Shown: positions 40,007-53,979, counted from the first letter of the stretch. The stretch is 64,000 bases of DNA from Eledone cirrhosa (GCA_964016885.1 OZ024741.1:299212001-299276000); one strand, 5' to 3'. Notes: a model not told the origin generated them from the letters alone. A program made the numbers and translations.

Positions 40007-42095
40007 CTATCCGTTAAGGTATAACGTGGGGCTGTAATACAGGAAAGTTTTGTGCAATTTATGTTTACAAGCCGAAATTGCCTCAGATTTTTTGTTTAAG
40101 ATGTGGTCTGTAGCGTAGAGTATTTCCAGGGCCTCAGCGGTGCGGAGGTCACATGGTTTTTTATTTCCGTTATACGATCTAGACCTAGCTAGGATCTCCT
40201 AGTGTAACTTATATTGGGTGTGGTTGTCTTTTGGACTCCAGATATAAGCTGAAAGTGACGTCATATTCCTTCTTAGAGGGTAACGAAAAGAATGGGTATG
40301 CATGTAAAGACGCTGCTTGAAACTATTGGCGGTTAACCCTATGTAGGCCCTACGGGACGTGGGTGTTACAACCTTACATTTGTAGACAATGTTACTAGAG
40401 AGGCATTTCCCGGATAGGGGGCAATCAGCCCGATTCCTACAATTACAGTTAGTACTACCTACAGGGTTACACGTGTTCCTACGGCTAGGTAGTTTAGCTA
40501 AATTTGAAGCTGTGATGTTATGTGCAAGGTTAGGAGTCGTAGAGTAAGAAATTTTAATAGTATTTCTATTAAAAATTTTACTATATTTATGTGTAGGGGG
40601 AAAATGCTTCGTAATAAGGGAAAGAAAGATCTTAGCTAATGGTGTGGCCACCTCCATATTATATGGTGGGTTAAACCATCAAATGCGACGGGATTTATAT
40701 CTTGTAGGTCTATTTTCGTACACTGTATATGCTACCTTATCGACAAATCCACTTCGAGCAAGAGCTTCATTGTAATAAGTGGAATGGTCGTTGAAAATGC
40801 GCTCGTTGGTGGAAAGACGGAAAAGCCTCAACGAAACGTTTCTTACCAGGTTCTTGGTTATGCTCGCAGGATGGTTGGAATGCTTACTTATGTAATTAAG
40901 CGTATCATTCGGCTTTCTATACGAGTAATACAACCCATTCAATAAATTGAGGGTAACGTCGAGGTAATTAACGACCGACAGATTGGCCTCAACCTGTATA
41001 GAGAGGTTGAAGCCTTTATAGAAGGCTGTGAGTTCTTTTCTGAACCTGTCGCAAGCACGAGGTCCGCACTTAGTCATGGTCAAAAGACGATCGTCACGGT
41101 ACAAACCACCGCCCGCGTTGGGGAATTCGTCCTTGATAGAGAAAAGAAGGAAAAGGCCAATAAGATCAGTAACCTCCGCAGAGTCACAGGCGCCCATACT
41201 CACGTCGAATGGGGTACTATTGGATTTTTTAATCCAAATAGAGTCGTCGAAATTAATCACCGACTTTCGGGCATTAAGGATGACATCAACTTCAAAATCC
41301 TTAACCCCTGTGAGTGTTTTAGCGAAATTGATAGCTCTAAGGAGAAGTGGTAAAGTGATGGAGGAGTAGTAATTGTTGATGTCGAATTGGATAAAACGGC
41401 AATGTTCCTTGTTACATATGCCGTTGAACCAATCAATCACCGCGAAAGAATTGTTCCACAGTGCGAGAGGGGCCAAACTTCTAATTTCAGGTATAATTCG
41501 TAGGGTTAATAAGCCGAATAGAGGGGTTGTTCGGAAAATTGGATTTGTGATCCTTCAGGGTAAAGTGGGGAGAGATAGGGTCCAGAGGTTCGGTCCGGTC
41601 CAGGATGTTGAGATCAGATGTGATTTTAAACCCAGCATCGTTGATTTCATTGATGACGCACCGATTAGTTTTACGGTAATCCTTAGTTACAGCATTATGT
41701 AGTAGTTGATGGTAAGTACTGCGCTCCACTTGATATAGGTTGCCAGTTTTGTCGGAATGGACGTGCACGGCGTTAGAATCCTTAATAGAACGAATTCTAT
41801 TCTTCAGGTCTTGCTGGAACGAATTGCTCCTATGCCGAAATTTGATATTCCGAATGAGTTCCAAGACATCATTTTCGAAGGGTAGCAATGCTGGGTTCCA
41901 CGGAGGGTTATTATACGTTTTAAATCCAAATTTATCCTGTTTGTTGTCTCCTTTTCGCGGATTATCGAAATAAAAGGCACGCCAACGCAACCTTTTAATG
42001 AACGCGTCTGTTTTCTGTATCAGGAGTTTTAGGTATGTTTTCCTGCTTGGTACGGGTATGTTCTTTGTAGAAATATTCAGATGTTGTTTCTGCAT
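40007..42095 (-). pseudogene. PLE RT plus GIY-YIG ORF, disrupted
   Basis: STKNIPVPS, SDKTGNLY, FDINNYYSSI, FDVSMG, LYRDD, NYLDVTLNL, WFNPPY, CNCRNRADCPLSGKC, NIVY..YIGLT..FKQR, LNKKSE..CKH; frameshift near 41480; stops at 40679 and 40199. Confidence 0.9.
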
Positions 42096-43056
42096 GATTA
42101 CAGCCCCACGTTATACCTTAACGGATAGCACGATCTATACGTGGATATTTTACGTCTTGATGTGGGAGCTAAGTATATGTTTTGTTTATTCCTTTACGTA
42201 TTTGCATAGGGAAGTATATATTACCCGTATGTTTTGTGAAGGTATGTATACCTTCTCGTACGTATATTTGACTGTTATAGCGTATAATTTTTACATATTC
42301 TGGTATTTAGGGTTTGGCTATGTGTATACGGGAGTTTTGCGTCCGCGTGAGTGTGCAGCTTCGTACGTATGGTGGGTGTGTGTATATGTGTACTTCTTGT
42401 TTTAGTTGACTTACGTCTCCGAACATTCGTGTATTTATATGTAGGTATGCGTGTGCGCTTGTTATATACGTATTTATTTACTTATATACGTTTATATAAT
42501 TATTTATTTATTTGTACACAAGCATACACACACACACATATTTATATGTGCGTGGTTTTGTATACCCATTGTAAGGTTTTGCGTATGCTTGTGTATGTAC
42601 GTAACTGTTTGCGTGTATGTATTTATTTGTTCCTATTACTTCTGTATTGTATTTATTTACTTTGTTCTTAACTCTGTAGCGGAGATTCATTTGGTCTCCT
42701 AGTTAGAATTTTAGTCTACGATTTCTGCTATACCATTTACGTGGTTTTGTCTTTGCGTGCTATTGTTCTCCACGCTCCACATATGACTTATTATCATCGT
42801 TTTTTCGTTCATTGCCAGAGAACGTCTCTATGCACCACCTAAGAGAACATTAATCTACGACCTCTTTTATACCATAAACGTGGTTTTGTCTTTGCGCGTA
42901 ATTGTTTTTCACCGCTCCTATTAATGACGTATTATTCGTTTTTTCCCGTTCTTTGCCAGCGAACGTTACCACGAACCAAAGTATCGTCTTCCTGTCTTCC
43001 TCTGGTTGCAACGTTTTTTGAAATATCCAGTTCTGCGTTTACAGATTGACTTTGTT

Positions 43057-43107
43057 AGTTTCAGAAGATCCCGTTAAGGGTGAAAGCAGCGATTCTTTGC
43101 TTAAACT
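43057..43107 (+). ncRNA. Hammerhead-like motif with CAGA core variant
   Basis: AGTTT-CAGAAGA-tCCC(gttaa)GGGt-GAA-AGCAG(cgattct)TTGCT-T-AAACT. Confidence 0.65.
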
Positions 43108-43127
43108 TTAATCTGTTATTTTAATGA

Positions 43128-43228
<101 letters not shown>

Positions 43229-43769
43229 CATATATACGCATGTATACTTATAAGTACGTATGTATCTTTATGTCTGTGCATGTGTCAGTTGGTGTGTGCG
43301 TTTATATGGACACATGCATATGCAATGTATGTGTACGCTCATATTTCGTTTTTTTTATTTTGATCTTCTATGCGTCTCTGTTTATAATCCCCCCCCCCCC
43401 CATTTTGATATATTGTTTGTTAACTTTTGTTTACTCTCTGGTGAGAGGTTGGCGAAACGAGAAACCTACTGTGTAAAAGTTGAAATACAATTTAATATTA
43501 TCTTTGCAAATGTTTCTATTACTGACATTGATAACTTGTGTTTAATGGTATATATGATCACACACACATACACACACACAAAATTTCGTTCCATTAACAT
43601 AGGGGTGGATTGTTCTTATATACTCCATTTAATGGAAAATCGTGTGCCGTTATTTTCGAGGTTCCACACACATTTCGTGAGAAGGGTGGCATGTTTTATG
43701 TCAGAATGTATGACAAAATTAGCAGGCTACTGTTGGTACAGTATCATTAAAGCCCACATCACCGGCAAA

Positions 43770-43960
43770 CGCAAAAGACTAAAACCTTACCGATGCTCAC
43801 GCAGAAGGCCAGAAGCATGCCCACTAAATAAAGTGTGCAACACTCGAGTGGAGATATGTGAAGCTGAAGTGATTTACATCAACCAGAACAACCAAACTGA
43901 AGCGTAGACTAATGTCGGAATATCAGCGACCCGGTTTAAATGCCGGTGCCTGAACCAAAA
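43770..43960 (+). mobile_element. PLE linker/GIY-YIG remnant
   Basis: CSRRRPEACPLNKVCNTRVEICEAEV...*TNVGISATRFKCR, homologous to ORF 40199-40657. Confidence 0.7.
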
Positions 43961-44096
43961 TACTGAAAATTAGGTTCAGTAGCCCTGATAACTGAAACAA
44001 TAGACAGGGGTGCCCTGCTTTTTCCTTCTGCAGATTATGTAAACTATTATTTATAGTGACCGAACATTATTATAGACAAATACGTTGGGACCAAAA

Positions 44097-44152
<56 letters not shown>

Positions 44153-44234
44153 CTGTATATATATATGTGTATACATATATATATGTTTTGGTCCCAACGT
44201 ATTTGTCTATAATAAGTGTTCGGTCACTATAAAT

Positions 44235-44435
44235 TCTACTATTTATTTTTGCGATGTGCTGGGCTATATACATAGTTGTAGAATAAGAAAGCTTAATTGT
44301 GTGTCTGTTAAATATGGAACGCTTTTTATGTTGAATGGGGAAGCATGTATCTGAAGCTTTAAAGAATAGATTTGCGAGTGGTGTTTTTATTGCTACAGAA
44401 GCTGGGGGGGGGGGGGCATATCACTGATTTAGTTC
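44235..44435 (-). mobile_element. PLE ORF fragment
   Basis: PPPPASVAIKTPLANLFF..FPIQHKKRSIFNRHTIKLSYSTT, homologous to ORF 59980-60216. Confidence 0.8.
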
Positions 44436-44730
44436 TGATTTTTTTCACCGATTTATTCACGGCATTGGTGTTTGTATTATAATTTTTAGAATCTCGTTCA
44501 TATATTCTACTCTTATATATATAAGTTCTAATTTTTGACGTTTCTTATCAACTGAGTGTGTAAAATGTTATAACAGATTATAAAACCTTTTAATAATTTT
44601 TATTCATTTACGATATGATTAATGTTAGATTAAGGGTTCTATATAAATATATAAACATATAAACTGTTAACATGATCTCTTGATGAATATGCATATCATT
44701 TTATTGTGTAAATGCATTTAATTTGATAGG

Positions 44731-45880
44731 GATTCTTGTATTTTAAAAATGATATAGCTTATATGGTTAACAGTTACAAGGAACCGTAAACCATTCATGT
44801 ATTTATGTATTTATTAATTTGGAGTATGTTGGTTTTAAGATTCAGGATGTTTGATTTATATATTTATATATATTTATGGTATATGTGTCGCACACGATCC
44901 TAGTCGACAAACTTTTTCCACTTAACTTGATGTAAAACTTCAATTATAACATTACTAACAATAATTGTATTTATTATTTTTTATTGTTTACTGTATATGG
45001 ATCACTAATATCGTCTTGAGTTCCGAACAGAATACTCTGTATGTATTTAAACAAATGTGTATATCTAGTTTAATAATATGCTTCTAGCTACATTTATAAG
45101 TGCCTTAGATACTTAAGGACATTCTAGTGTTATAATTGTTAAATATTTTCTAAATTATATAACAATTATTATTTTAATATAATTAAATATGGATTACCTT
45201 CGGGTCGATGAAAATCTTAAGTCTTCTCTTTCTCATGTTTGCAGACACTTTAAATATGATATTATACTACAATATAAATCCTTAAAAATGTTCTTGTATT
45301 TTAAAATTATATAGCTTAGATATTTGGCACTTATAGGATCGCAAACCATTTATTTATTTATTTTGAATCTGGTTCTTATCTTTTATGATTCATGAAGTTT
45401 GATTTGTATATTTATAGTATATATGTATTACATGATCCTAATATAATAATTGATCTAAAACCTTAATTTTAACAATATTAACAGTAACTTATTTATTATA
45501 TTATATTATGTATAACTGACTAATATCGTCTTGAACTTTAGACAATATACTCTTTGTATAAATTTAGACAAATGCGTATATCTAGTTTAATAATACCCTT
45601 TTTAAGTATAATTATAAGGCCTTTGGATACTTTCGGGCATTCTAATTGTTAATTTAAAAATGTTAAAGTTATAACTGTAATTACTTTCTAAATTATGTAA
45701 TGATTATTATTTTTAATATAAAATCTCTTTAATATAACAATTTTTTAAATATAATTTAATATGGATTACCTTCGAGATGATGAAAATATTAAATCTCTTC
45801 TTTCTCATGTTTGCAAATACTTTAAATATGATTTTATAAATTAAATATGATAGTAACTTTAATATAAATACTTATAAATT
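44731..45880. repeat. Diverged tandem duplication, unit about 560-590 bp
   Basis: Shared blocks ttcttgtattttaaaa, aatatcgtcttga, tatatctagtttaataata, atggattaccttcg, ctttctcatgtttgca in both units. Confidence 0.85.
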
Positions 45881-47031
45881 TGTATAGCCTGAAATATTAT
45901 ACCTTTAAATTAATTCATTATTCTGAACTAACATAAATGATTCGAAATTTAACGGTCATCCGGATACGTTTGGATATATATAATATATATAATTAATTAT
46001 TAGTATATTTTTAATTAACTTAAGGACTCGAAATTAAGCCCTCATATAATTACACCTACATATATTTAATATTTAGATTGATTGATTATTTCTAGATAAT
46101 TCAAAGATTCGAAGTTACTCTTTCACAAAGCTATTATATATTTATATATTTATATATATATTTTTGCATCATCTAATTATACGCTATTTATCCACGACAA
46201 TACAAATCTCCCCCCCTATGTTTTATACTATAAACATTATTCCTCCTTGTCTCTCTATACTTGATCAATTCTCTTTTGCTTTCTATACTTCTAGTAACTA
46301 TCTTTCTCCTCATCTGTTTCTCTATGTCTTTCTTTTTTCTTCAATAATTTAAATTATTTGAATCTCTAAAAGTTATGTGTGTGTATGTGCGTGCGTATAT
46401 ACGTGTACATGTGCGTATGTGTGTGTATGTGTATATTTTTATATATAAGTAATTATTTATATATATGTGTGTATGTGGTTGTATGTATTTTTCTCATGTA
46501 TATGTGTGTGTGAATGTATTTATACTTTTTGATATATGTATATACACCTACATTTGTGTATATGTACCTATACGTGTGGTTGAGAGTATATGCGTGCGAA
46601 TGTGTGTATGCATGTGTGTATGTATATGTTTGTGTGTATATAAATATATATATATGTGTGTGTGTGTATATATATATATGTGTGTGTATATATATATATA
46701 TATATATTTATTTATTTTATTTTGTGCATTTGCTTACCACGTGTGTTTGTTTATTTATTTTTATTCGTGTTTTTTCTTCTTTCGTATCGCTGTTAACTTG
46801 CTCATTTTTTCTATTTTTATTTTTATATTTGACTTTATTTTTTACTTTTATTTATTTATTAATTTGATTTCTTGTATATGGATTTATCTTGGCCAGTTGA
46901 TGTGACTGCTTATTTTCGTATATGCGCCTGGTCGAGTGTGTATATGTTTGTTTATTTATCTTTACTTATTTTTATAATTATGTGCGCGTGTGTGTGTGTA
47001 TATATGTATGTGTGTATATATATACACACAG

Positions 47032-47065
<34 letters not shown>

Positions 47066-47110
47066 GTTTGTGTAGTTATGTGTATGTGTATGTTTGTTTA
47101 TATATATATG

Positions 47111-47143
<33 letters not shown>

Positions 47144-47257
47144 CTGTGTTTGTCTGTTTATATACTTATATATTTATAATCTTTTTTTCTTCTTCCCTCA
47201 GTCTCACTTTCATATTTCTTACATTTTTGTTTTCAAATAAAAACACCAGGATTTTTT

Positions 47258-47305
47258 CATTCTGACAACTCAAAGCAGATTTGTTTGCTTCGAAATCACT
47301 AGATG
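47258..47305 (+). ncRNA. Decayed hammerhead motif
   Basis: CATT-CTGACAA-ctc-aAAGCAGAT(tt)GTTTGCTTc-GAAA(tcac)T-A-GATG; two G>A changes at presumed CpG sites. Confidence 0.5.
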
Positions 47306-47489
47306 TATCTGAGGAACCTGCGAATCCAGAGTCAGGTTCGATCCACAAACATATCGCACAAGTGTAATATGTAATAAATTGTGTTCCGATGCATCACTGA
47401 TTATTCGTTTTCCATATAATCATACTCTGCTCCGAAGGAGCATAGAGTGCTCAACCGCCATACCACTAATGGACGCATCCTAGCAACCA

Positions 47490-47551
<62 letters not shown>

Positions 47552-47914
47552 TAAAATATATATACTTTAATGAAGGGGTAGCTTCTCAATAAAGAAATGT
47601 AATGATATAGTAGGTAACCTGTCTTAACGTTTCGGACATTACTCCTCCATTAGTATATAGATATTTTTCTTTAATATATATATATACCTGATTGGTTTTC
47701 TCGTTGCTTTGGTTCATGTGGCTGGGTCACCGGTCGCAGTTTTCAATTTGTCAAGCTTTCTAACGCATGTTATTACTGTAAGGTGACACAACCTTATCGA
47801 GTGGTTTGCTGCACATTCCTGATTGTATATCGTTAGGTTAGCCACGGTCAAAAATTTGATTTTACTAAACTTCCATTTTTATATATATATATCGTAATTA
47901 TAATAAATTTGAAG

Positions 47915-48457
<543 letters not shown>

Positions 48458-48503
48458 TAAAAATTGCTTTTATGTGGTTTACAGATTTTTAATATTTACA
48501 TAG

Positions 48504-48586
48504 AATGGTCATCTCTGATCTTGACAGTGAGCAAGATACAGATTCTGAATAATTCTGCTAGTATGGAGTTATTGAAGATATTTTCA
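48504..48586 (+). other. Candidate host exon, possibly containing a start codon (MELLKIFS)
   Basis: tttacatag acceptor, open frame, GTAAGT donor, agtATGG context. Confidence 0.3.
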
Positions 48587-49249
48587 GTAAGTCTGGCTTG
48601 CTTACGGTTTTTGTTGCTAAATTATATTTTAGATTTTACTTCTCTATAAATGCCACTTTATTTATAATAGAATCGCATATAGTCAATTACGCATAAATGC
48701 TTAGATTAGCAAAACTCTAATATATTCTTACATTACTAAATCTATCATTATACTGCACACTTGCATACGCGTACTATATCTGAACGTACTAGATAAACAT
48801 ATATCTATATTTACATGGGTTAAATACATATCTATACATGCAAATGTACATATCTATACATGCAAATATGTATATTTCTATTTGAGAGAACCTAACAAGA
48901 CGCTTTTGCATCAAATGATATTTATCAATGATTGGACATATATGTACTTATTTATATTTCATATTCGCGTGAATATTCCGTTAAATAACATTGTGTAGAA
49001 CGACACGCATTATGAAATATTTCAACCTACTTATTTGCAATAGAGAATTTGAACAATCATTCAATGTGCATCTGCAAATGTATACGATACAATTTTCTAT
49101 CGATATATGGATCTATAACTCCCGATGAGATCGTAAAATCGCTGTATGGCATATTGAGTCTGTCGGACTCCATCCCTACCCACATCTGAACACACACGAT
49201 TTTGTCTAGAGACGGAGCGAAATCAATAGAGATGAAATGAATAGGAGAC

Positions 49250-49380
49250 ATCGATGAATAATCGAGCCCAATACTGCTCTGGTACTCGAAATTTTGAAAA
49301 AACAAAATTGAACTCCAAGGGATTTGAACTCCGCAAAACATTCTATCAGGCATTATAACGAATCTACTAATTTCACCTGC
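49250..49380 (-). mobile_element. Highly degenerate SINE
   Basis: ctggtact; gggatttgaactc; aacgaatctactaatttcacc head. Confidence 0.5.
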
Positions 49381-49713
49381 TAGGTAAATCTTTATGTATA
49401 TTGTAGTTAAATTAATACACAGTCTTCAACATAGGTAATATATTTCAAAGCAGCAGTTTAATTATCATTTTAAAGACCATATGCGTGCGGGTAAAGATAT
49501 AGCTGTTTTTATATTTGGATTATCGGAAAAAAAACAACAGCGCTGTTGTATTGATGAGAGATTCTTTACCTTACAATGACCAGTCCTGTTATCTATCTGG
49601 AAGAAAGGTAAATACCTGTCATAGAGCCGGTTTCAATACAGGCGAAGATTTGTTTCTCATCACCACTTATTCTATGAAAGCTGGAGATAGGCAAAATATA
49701 ATATAACTCATTG

Positions 49714-49822
49714 TTATATTATGCTGTAATCATTCCATCTTTCGGTTTTCTTCTTTAAATATTTGGTATCTAAAACTACATTGTCTAATGTGTCATTTTC
49801 TGGAAAAGTAATCCTAGCTGTC
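49714..49822 (-). CDS. Candidate host terminal exon (TARITFPENDTLDNVVLDTKYLKKKTERWNDYSII*)
   Basis: attcattttacag acceptor and open frame to TAA; no homology recognised. Confidence 0.2.
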
Positions 49823-50459
49823 CTGTAAAATGAATCAGCGTTTCGCTGAATTCTTATTGCGCTGAGTTTACAAAATTTGGCGAAAAGAGCTATTTATTAC
49901 GGTTACCTCTAGTAGGACGAATATCTGTGTAGAGGATTTTGTTGTTTATATTTGGTTGGGGAGAACGACGTATAATAGCAAGCTTAGTGGTTGAGTTTGA
50001 AATATTCCGTTATGAACATTTCTCTAAAATATTTACTTGAATTATAGTGATTAGTCTAAAAAGTTCACAGAGATCTATTTCTTATTTTCCATCCAAAAAT
50101 TGTTTTTTTTGCCAAGAAAGTAATATCATTATTCGTTAAAATTACGACTACCATACTCAGACTGAAAGTTGAATGAGCGTTTGCCAATAAATACAGCAGC
50201 CCAAATTAAATATCAACTTACTAAATATTTCACCAAAAAATCGCTACCATCATCAACAAAGCATTCTCTCGCCCGCGCGTCAGGGTTTTTACACAAAATC
50301 TCTTGTGATTATATTAGATTTAATTGGAGATCTGAAACATATGCGTATCTTTGTAGCTAGATCACACAAATCCTTTTCCCTACTATATCTTAATAGTACA
50401 TATATGCATGCATATATACATACATTCATACATACATACAGATTATTACATATAAATAT

Positions 50460-50650
50460 GGTGGTGGATTGGCAGTATCGGTAGTGGGTCGGACGCCATG
50501 CTTTCCAGCATAGTTACGTCCCTTTACGATCTGAGTTCAAATCCCGCCGAGGTTGACTTTGCCTTTCATCCTTACGGGGTCGATAAAATAAAGTACCAGT
50601 AATGCACTGGTGGATTGTTGGCCTTGTGCCTAAAGTAGAAACAATTATTA
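50460..50650 (+). mobile_element. tRNA-derived SINE
   Basis: Reverse complement of the 19733-19917 family. Confidence 0.9.
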
Positions 50651-50669
50651 CATATAAATATGATGACTA

Positions 50670-51665
50670 TACTGTCAATAATGAATTAGAATATCGCAGG
50701 GGTGTATTTCAAGGAGACAATCTTTCTGTGATGCTATTTATACTGTCAATAAACCAATTGTCCGTTATGCTGAAGAAATATGAAGGATATGTAATTGGTT
50801 CACATGTGGCGAGAAACAGAAACCTAACACATATCTTCTTTGCTGTTGAAATGCTATGCCAATAATATTAATGATATGAAGAAAAACATTGACTTTGATA
50901 CGACGTTCACGAACGATATAGGGATAACGTTTGTGTAGCAAAAATGTTCATATATGATTGCAAAGTGAAGAAATCTACGAGCCATTCTAGCAACATCTCT
51001 ATCAATGGTCTGACTCTTTCACCGGTATCTGATGTGGACTGATACAGATACCTAGGAATAGATGAAAATATATCCTCTGATGGAATTGCTAAAAAGTTAC
51101 GAGTAACCAGAGAACATAACATCCTAATAAGAAAAATATAGTTTTCCGAACTCTCTGCACAAAACAAATCAGTATCCAACGGTGTATTTGCTGTGCTTCT
51201 TGTGACTTCAACATTTGACTGGGCCATAGATGAGATCGGAGCCATTGATATTAAAACCCCTAAATGTCTAATCGGAACCGGAAAACTCCATATAAATCAC
51301 CTCAAACGGAAACGAGGCTTAACATCAGTTCAAACAGCATTTGATTATCGACATCCCTTTGCCAACGTTTACTAATGACCAAACATAAAAGCCCATTCAT
51401 AGTACAAGTCTGTCTACATGAGGCAGATAACGCCATGTGAGTTGGGAAGGAACGCCTTGTGAAATAGTCTCTGTGTGATGACCAACAACACGCGCAAGGA
51501 AATTGCACAGCAGAGCAGCAATGAATCAACGGATGAAAAGCTGCATGCTTATCAGCGGAAATCATGCATGGCTATGTTGCGAGAAATCTTCAAAATGAGA
51601 ATAATATAGATAGGCAAAGCAGTCTTCAACCAACAAACAATATATTGACTCTCACGTTGAAGAAT
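50670..51665 (+). mobile_element. Degenerate R4/Dong-type LINE (family F)
   Basis: YRRGVFQGDNLSVMLFILSINQLS..LTHIFF; YRYLGIDE; RGLTSV. Confidence 0.75.
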
Positions 51666-51689
51666 ATACTTCTTTGATTTTAAGGTTGC

Positions 51690-53053
51690 CAATATTCTTA
51701 GCCCTGGCTTCATTAGTAACTGTCATGCCTTTTTTGATGTTTGCATTTACCAATGTGTTTCTTGAAGGAGAATGCGTGTGCACTGAGATATTCTTTAATG
51801 TAGATTTGAAGAGGGTTAGTGGCACTATCAATGAATACGGTATATCACGTATCCCTCCCCGCTGCCGCAACTTTGTCACGAATGGAACATTATCCCGGCA
51901 TGCATTGGTTATTTATTTCTGGGTCGCGTTTTTATAGGTGTCCCCCGGGTGCAGGGCTCGTGGGGGTCTAAGTGTATATCTAGTCTCTCGTTGCAGATAG
52001 CTCTGAAGTGTGGTGATTTCAGGATGCAGGTTCTGGAGGAAATCCTATGTGTCCGACGATTCGGGTGTCTATGAAGACACAACGTAGGTGTTGGGTATTC
52101 TTTGTGCCTTGTAATTTTTGGGAAGCTGCTGTGTGTATGACCTGGTCCTCCGCATAGATGCATTTGTTCCGGAAACGTGTAAGTTCATTCCTTAGTACGA
52201 AAGAGGAGAACCGATTTGTAATCAACAAACAGGTTTGCAGGCGGGTTTCCTGTAGAAGTTAGTATGAATGTCACCTTCTTCCGTTACCCTCATTTAGAAG
52301 TCGAGTAACGATAGGGAACCAATGCTATTGGGTTGTTCTACGCAAATCCGTATGTTATCATCCTCGTTCGCGAAAGTAGTATAGATTCTATTGGCCTCGA
52401 CAGGGGAGGACGTGACAATCACTATGCCATCTATGTACCTGGTGAAAAGGCACATGGAATAGGAGGTGTTGAGCGCGTGACGTTACCGCTGTTTTATGTA
52501 TGTGATAGCCAGTAGACCTAAGAGACAGGGACCCATATGTTGACCTGTTGTTTCTTTGTAGGTGCAGTGATGGAATGTGAGGTAAGTATTATCCTCGATG
52601 ATGGTTACGATTTGGTGTATGTCGGATGCAGTGTGTCCAAAGCCGTATAAGTCAGAAGACAAGATGCAGTGAGTAAATAGTTTGACTGCTTGGTGGGCGA
52701 GTACTAATGTGGAGAGGAGACAACATCGAGGCTAAATGTATATCTATTACGTTTAAGTTGTTCTGGTTGTAGCTGCGGAAGCCTCTGTATGGCTTCAACA
52801 GAGCTGCTAACATGCCCGGGTAAGATGAAACGTATAAACTTGAGAATCTGGAAAAGGAACCAGGATGTTGTGAGGCGAGAGGATTCCATGACAGAGACAG
52901 TGAGCCTAATCTGCGCTTCAGTCGTTTCTGAGTATAATCAATCGTTGTTGCTGATGTGCAATTGCCAGGTTGTTGTATATTTTACAGAAGGAAATATAGT
53001 GAGTGTGTTCTATTATTATTTCTGGCAATATGACCCACCCCAAATATAACAAT
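51690..53053 (-). mobile_element. Degenerate Penelope/Poseidon-like PLE with inverted pseudo-LTR at about 52790-53053
   Basis: Minus strand: YTFSLDVVS, LTFHH..Y..GQHMGP, RYIDGI; the + strand ends ATGACCCACCCCAAATATAACAAT then (AT)n. Confidence 0.65.
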
Positions 53054-53610
53054 ATATACATATATACATATAAAAAAAGAAAAAAAAAACAGTATAAAAT
53101 GCTAACAGATTAACTTCAAAATATTTATTTACAAAATAGGAATTTCCACATTAATTGTATCGGTTTCAGCTTGAAGGCTTTTTCAAACGACGGATGTGTA
53201 TTATGCAATTAAATTGCATGTTAATAAGACCAATAACAATATGAGAAAAATTGTTTTTACATACATATATAAAGAGAAAAGTTAAGATTTTTGTCTGTAG
53301 TTTTCTTTCTTTCCCTCTCTTGACAGCTAAGGTCAACACTAAGGTCAACACAAACAAATTGAAAAACAAAGTATATATATATATATATAGTTAAAAGAAT
53401 AGAGGTGTAACACACAAGTTATTATATATTGGTAAACGGAATAGAAAATGCTGACAAATTGTTCACAGTTGAAAAATGGTTTAATTAGGAATAAAAGAGT
53501 ATTAGTGATTGTATGGGTTAGTATTCAGTTGTGGTTTTAAGTTTTTAAGTTTTTACCGGTTGCGCATTTCTAAATGCTTTTCAAAAATAATTTTGAGATA
53601 GAGTGTCCGT

Positions 53611-53802
53611 GCTGTGGATTGGCAGTATCGGTAGAGGGTTGGACGCCATGCTTTGCAGCAAAGAATTACGACCCTTTATGGTCTGAGTTCAAATCCCGCC
53701 GAGGTTAACTTTGCCTTTCATCCTTACGGGGTCGATAAAATAAAGTACCAGTGGTACACTGGAATAATTGCTGGCCTTGTGCCAAAAGTAGAAACAGTTA
53801 TT
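53611..53802 (+). mobile_element. tRNA-derived SINE
   Basis: Same family as 50460-50650. Confidence 0.9.
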
Positions 53803-53840
53803 TGAAATATCCACTTCTGCGTTCAAAGATTGACTTTGTT

Positions 53841-53890
53841 AGTTTCTGAAGATCCCGTTAAGGGTGAAAGCAGCGATTCTTCGCTTAAAC
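53841..53890 (+). ncRNA. Hammerhead with canonical CTGA core, in a pseudo-LTR fragment (53803-53915) of the 39-43 kb PLE family
   Basis: aGTTT-CTGAAGA-tCCC(gttaa)GGGt-GAA-AGC..GCT-T-AAAC. Confidence 0.72.
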
Positions 53891-53927
53891 GTTAATCTGT
53901 TATTTTAATAAATAAATATATATATAT

Positions 53928-53979
<52 letters not shown>

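Noticed and set aside
40679-40681. In-frame TGA in the PLE ORF as selenocysteine (as in some Naiad PLEs)
   Set aside because: It falls just before WFNPP, where the 60.2-kb relative has Ile rather than Cys; the ORF also has a TAG and a frameshift; no SECIS was recognised.
39021-43121. DNA transposon with 1-kb TIRs
   Set aside because: The interior encodes PLE RT and GIY-YIG, and the arms include the ORF end and a hammerhead.
47620-47655. Minus strand CTAATGG-aGGA..TCC-GAAACGTT, and a similar motif at 53155-53200
   Set aside because: Two or more core mismatches; probably dead PLE hammerheads but not supportable.
50460-50550. tRNA gene (A- and B-boxes)
   Set aside because: No cloverleaf; it is the head of a multi-copy SINE.
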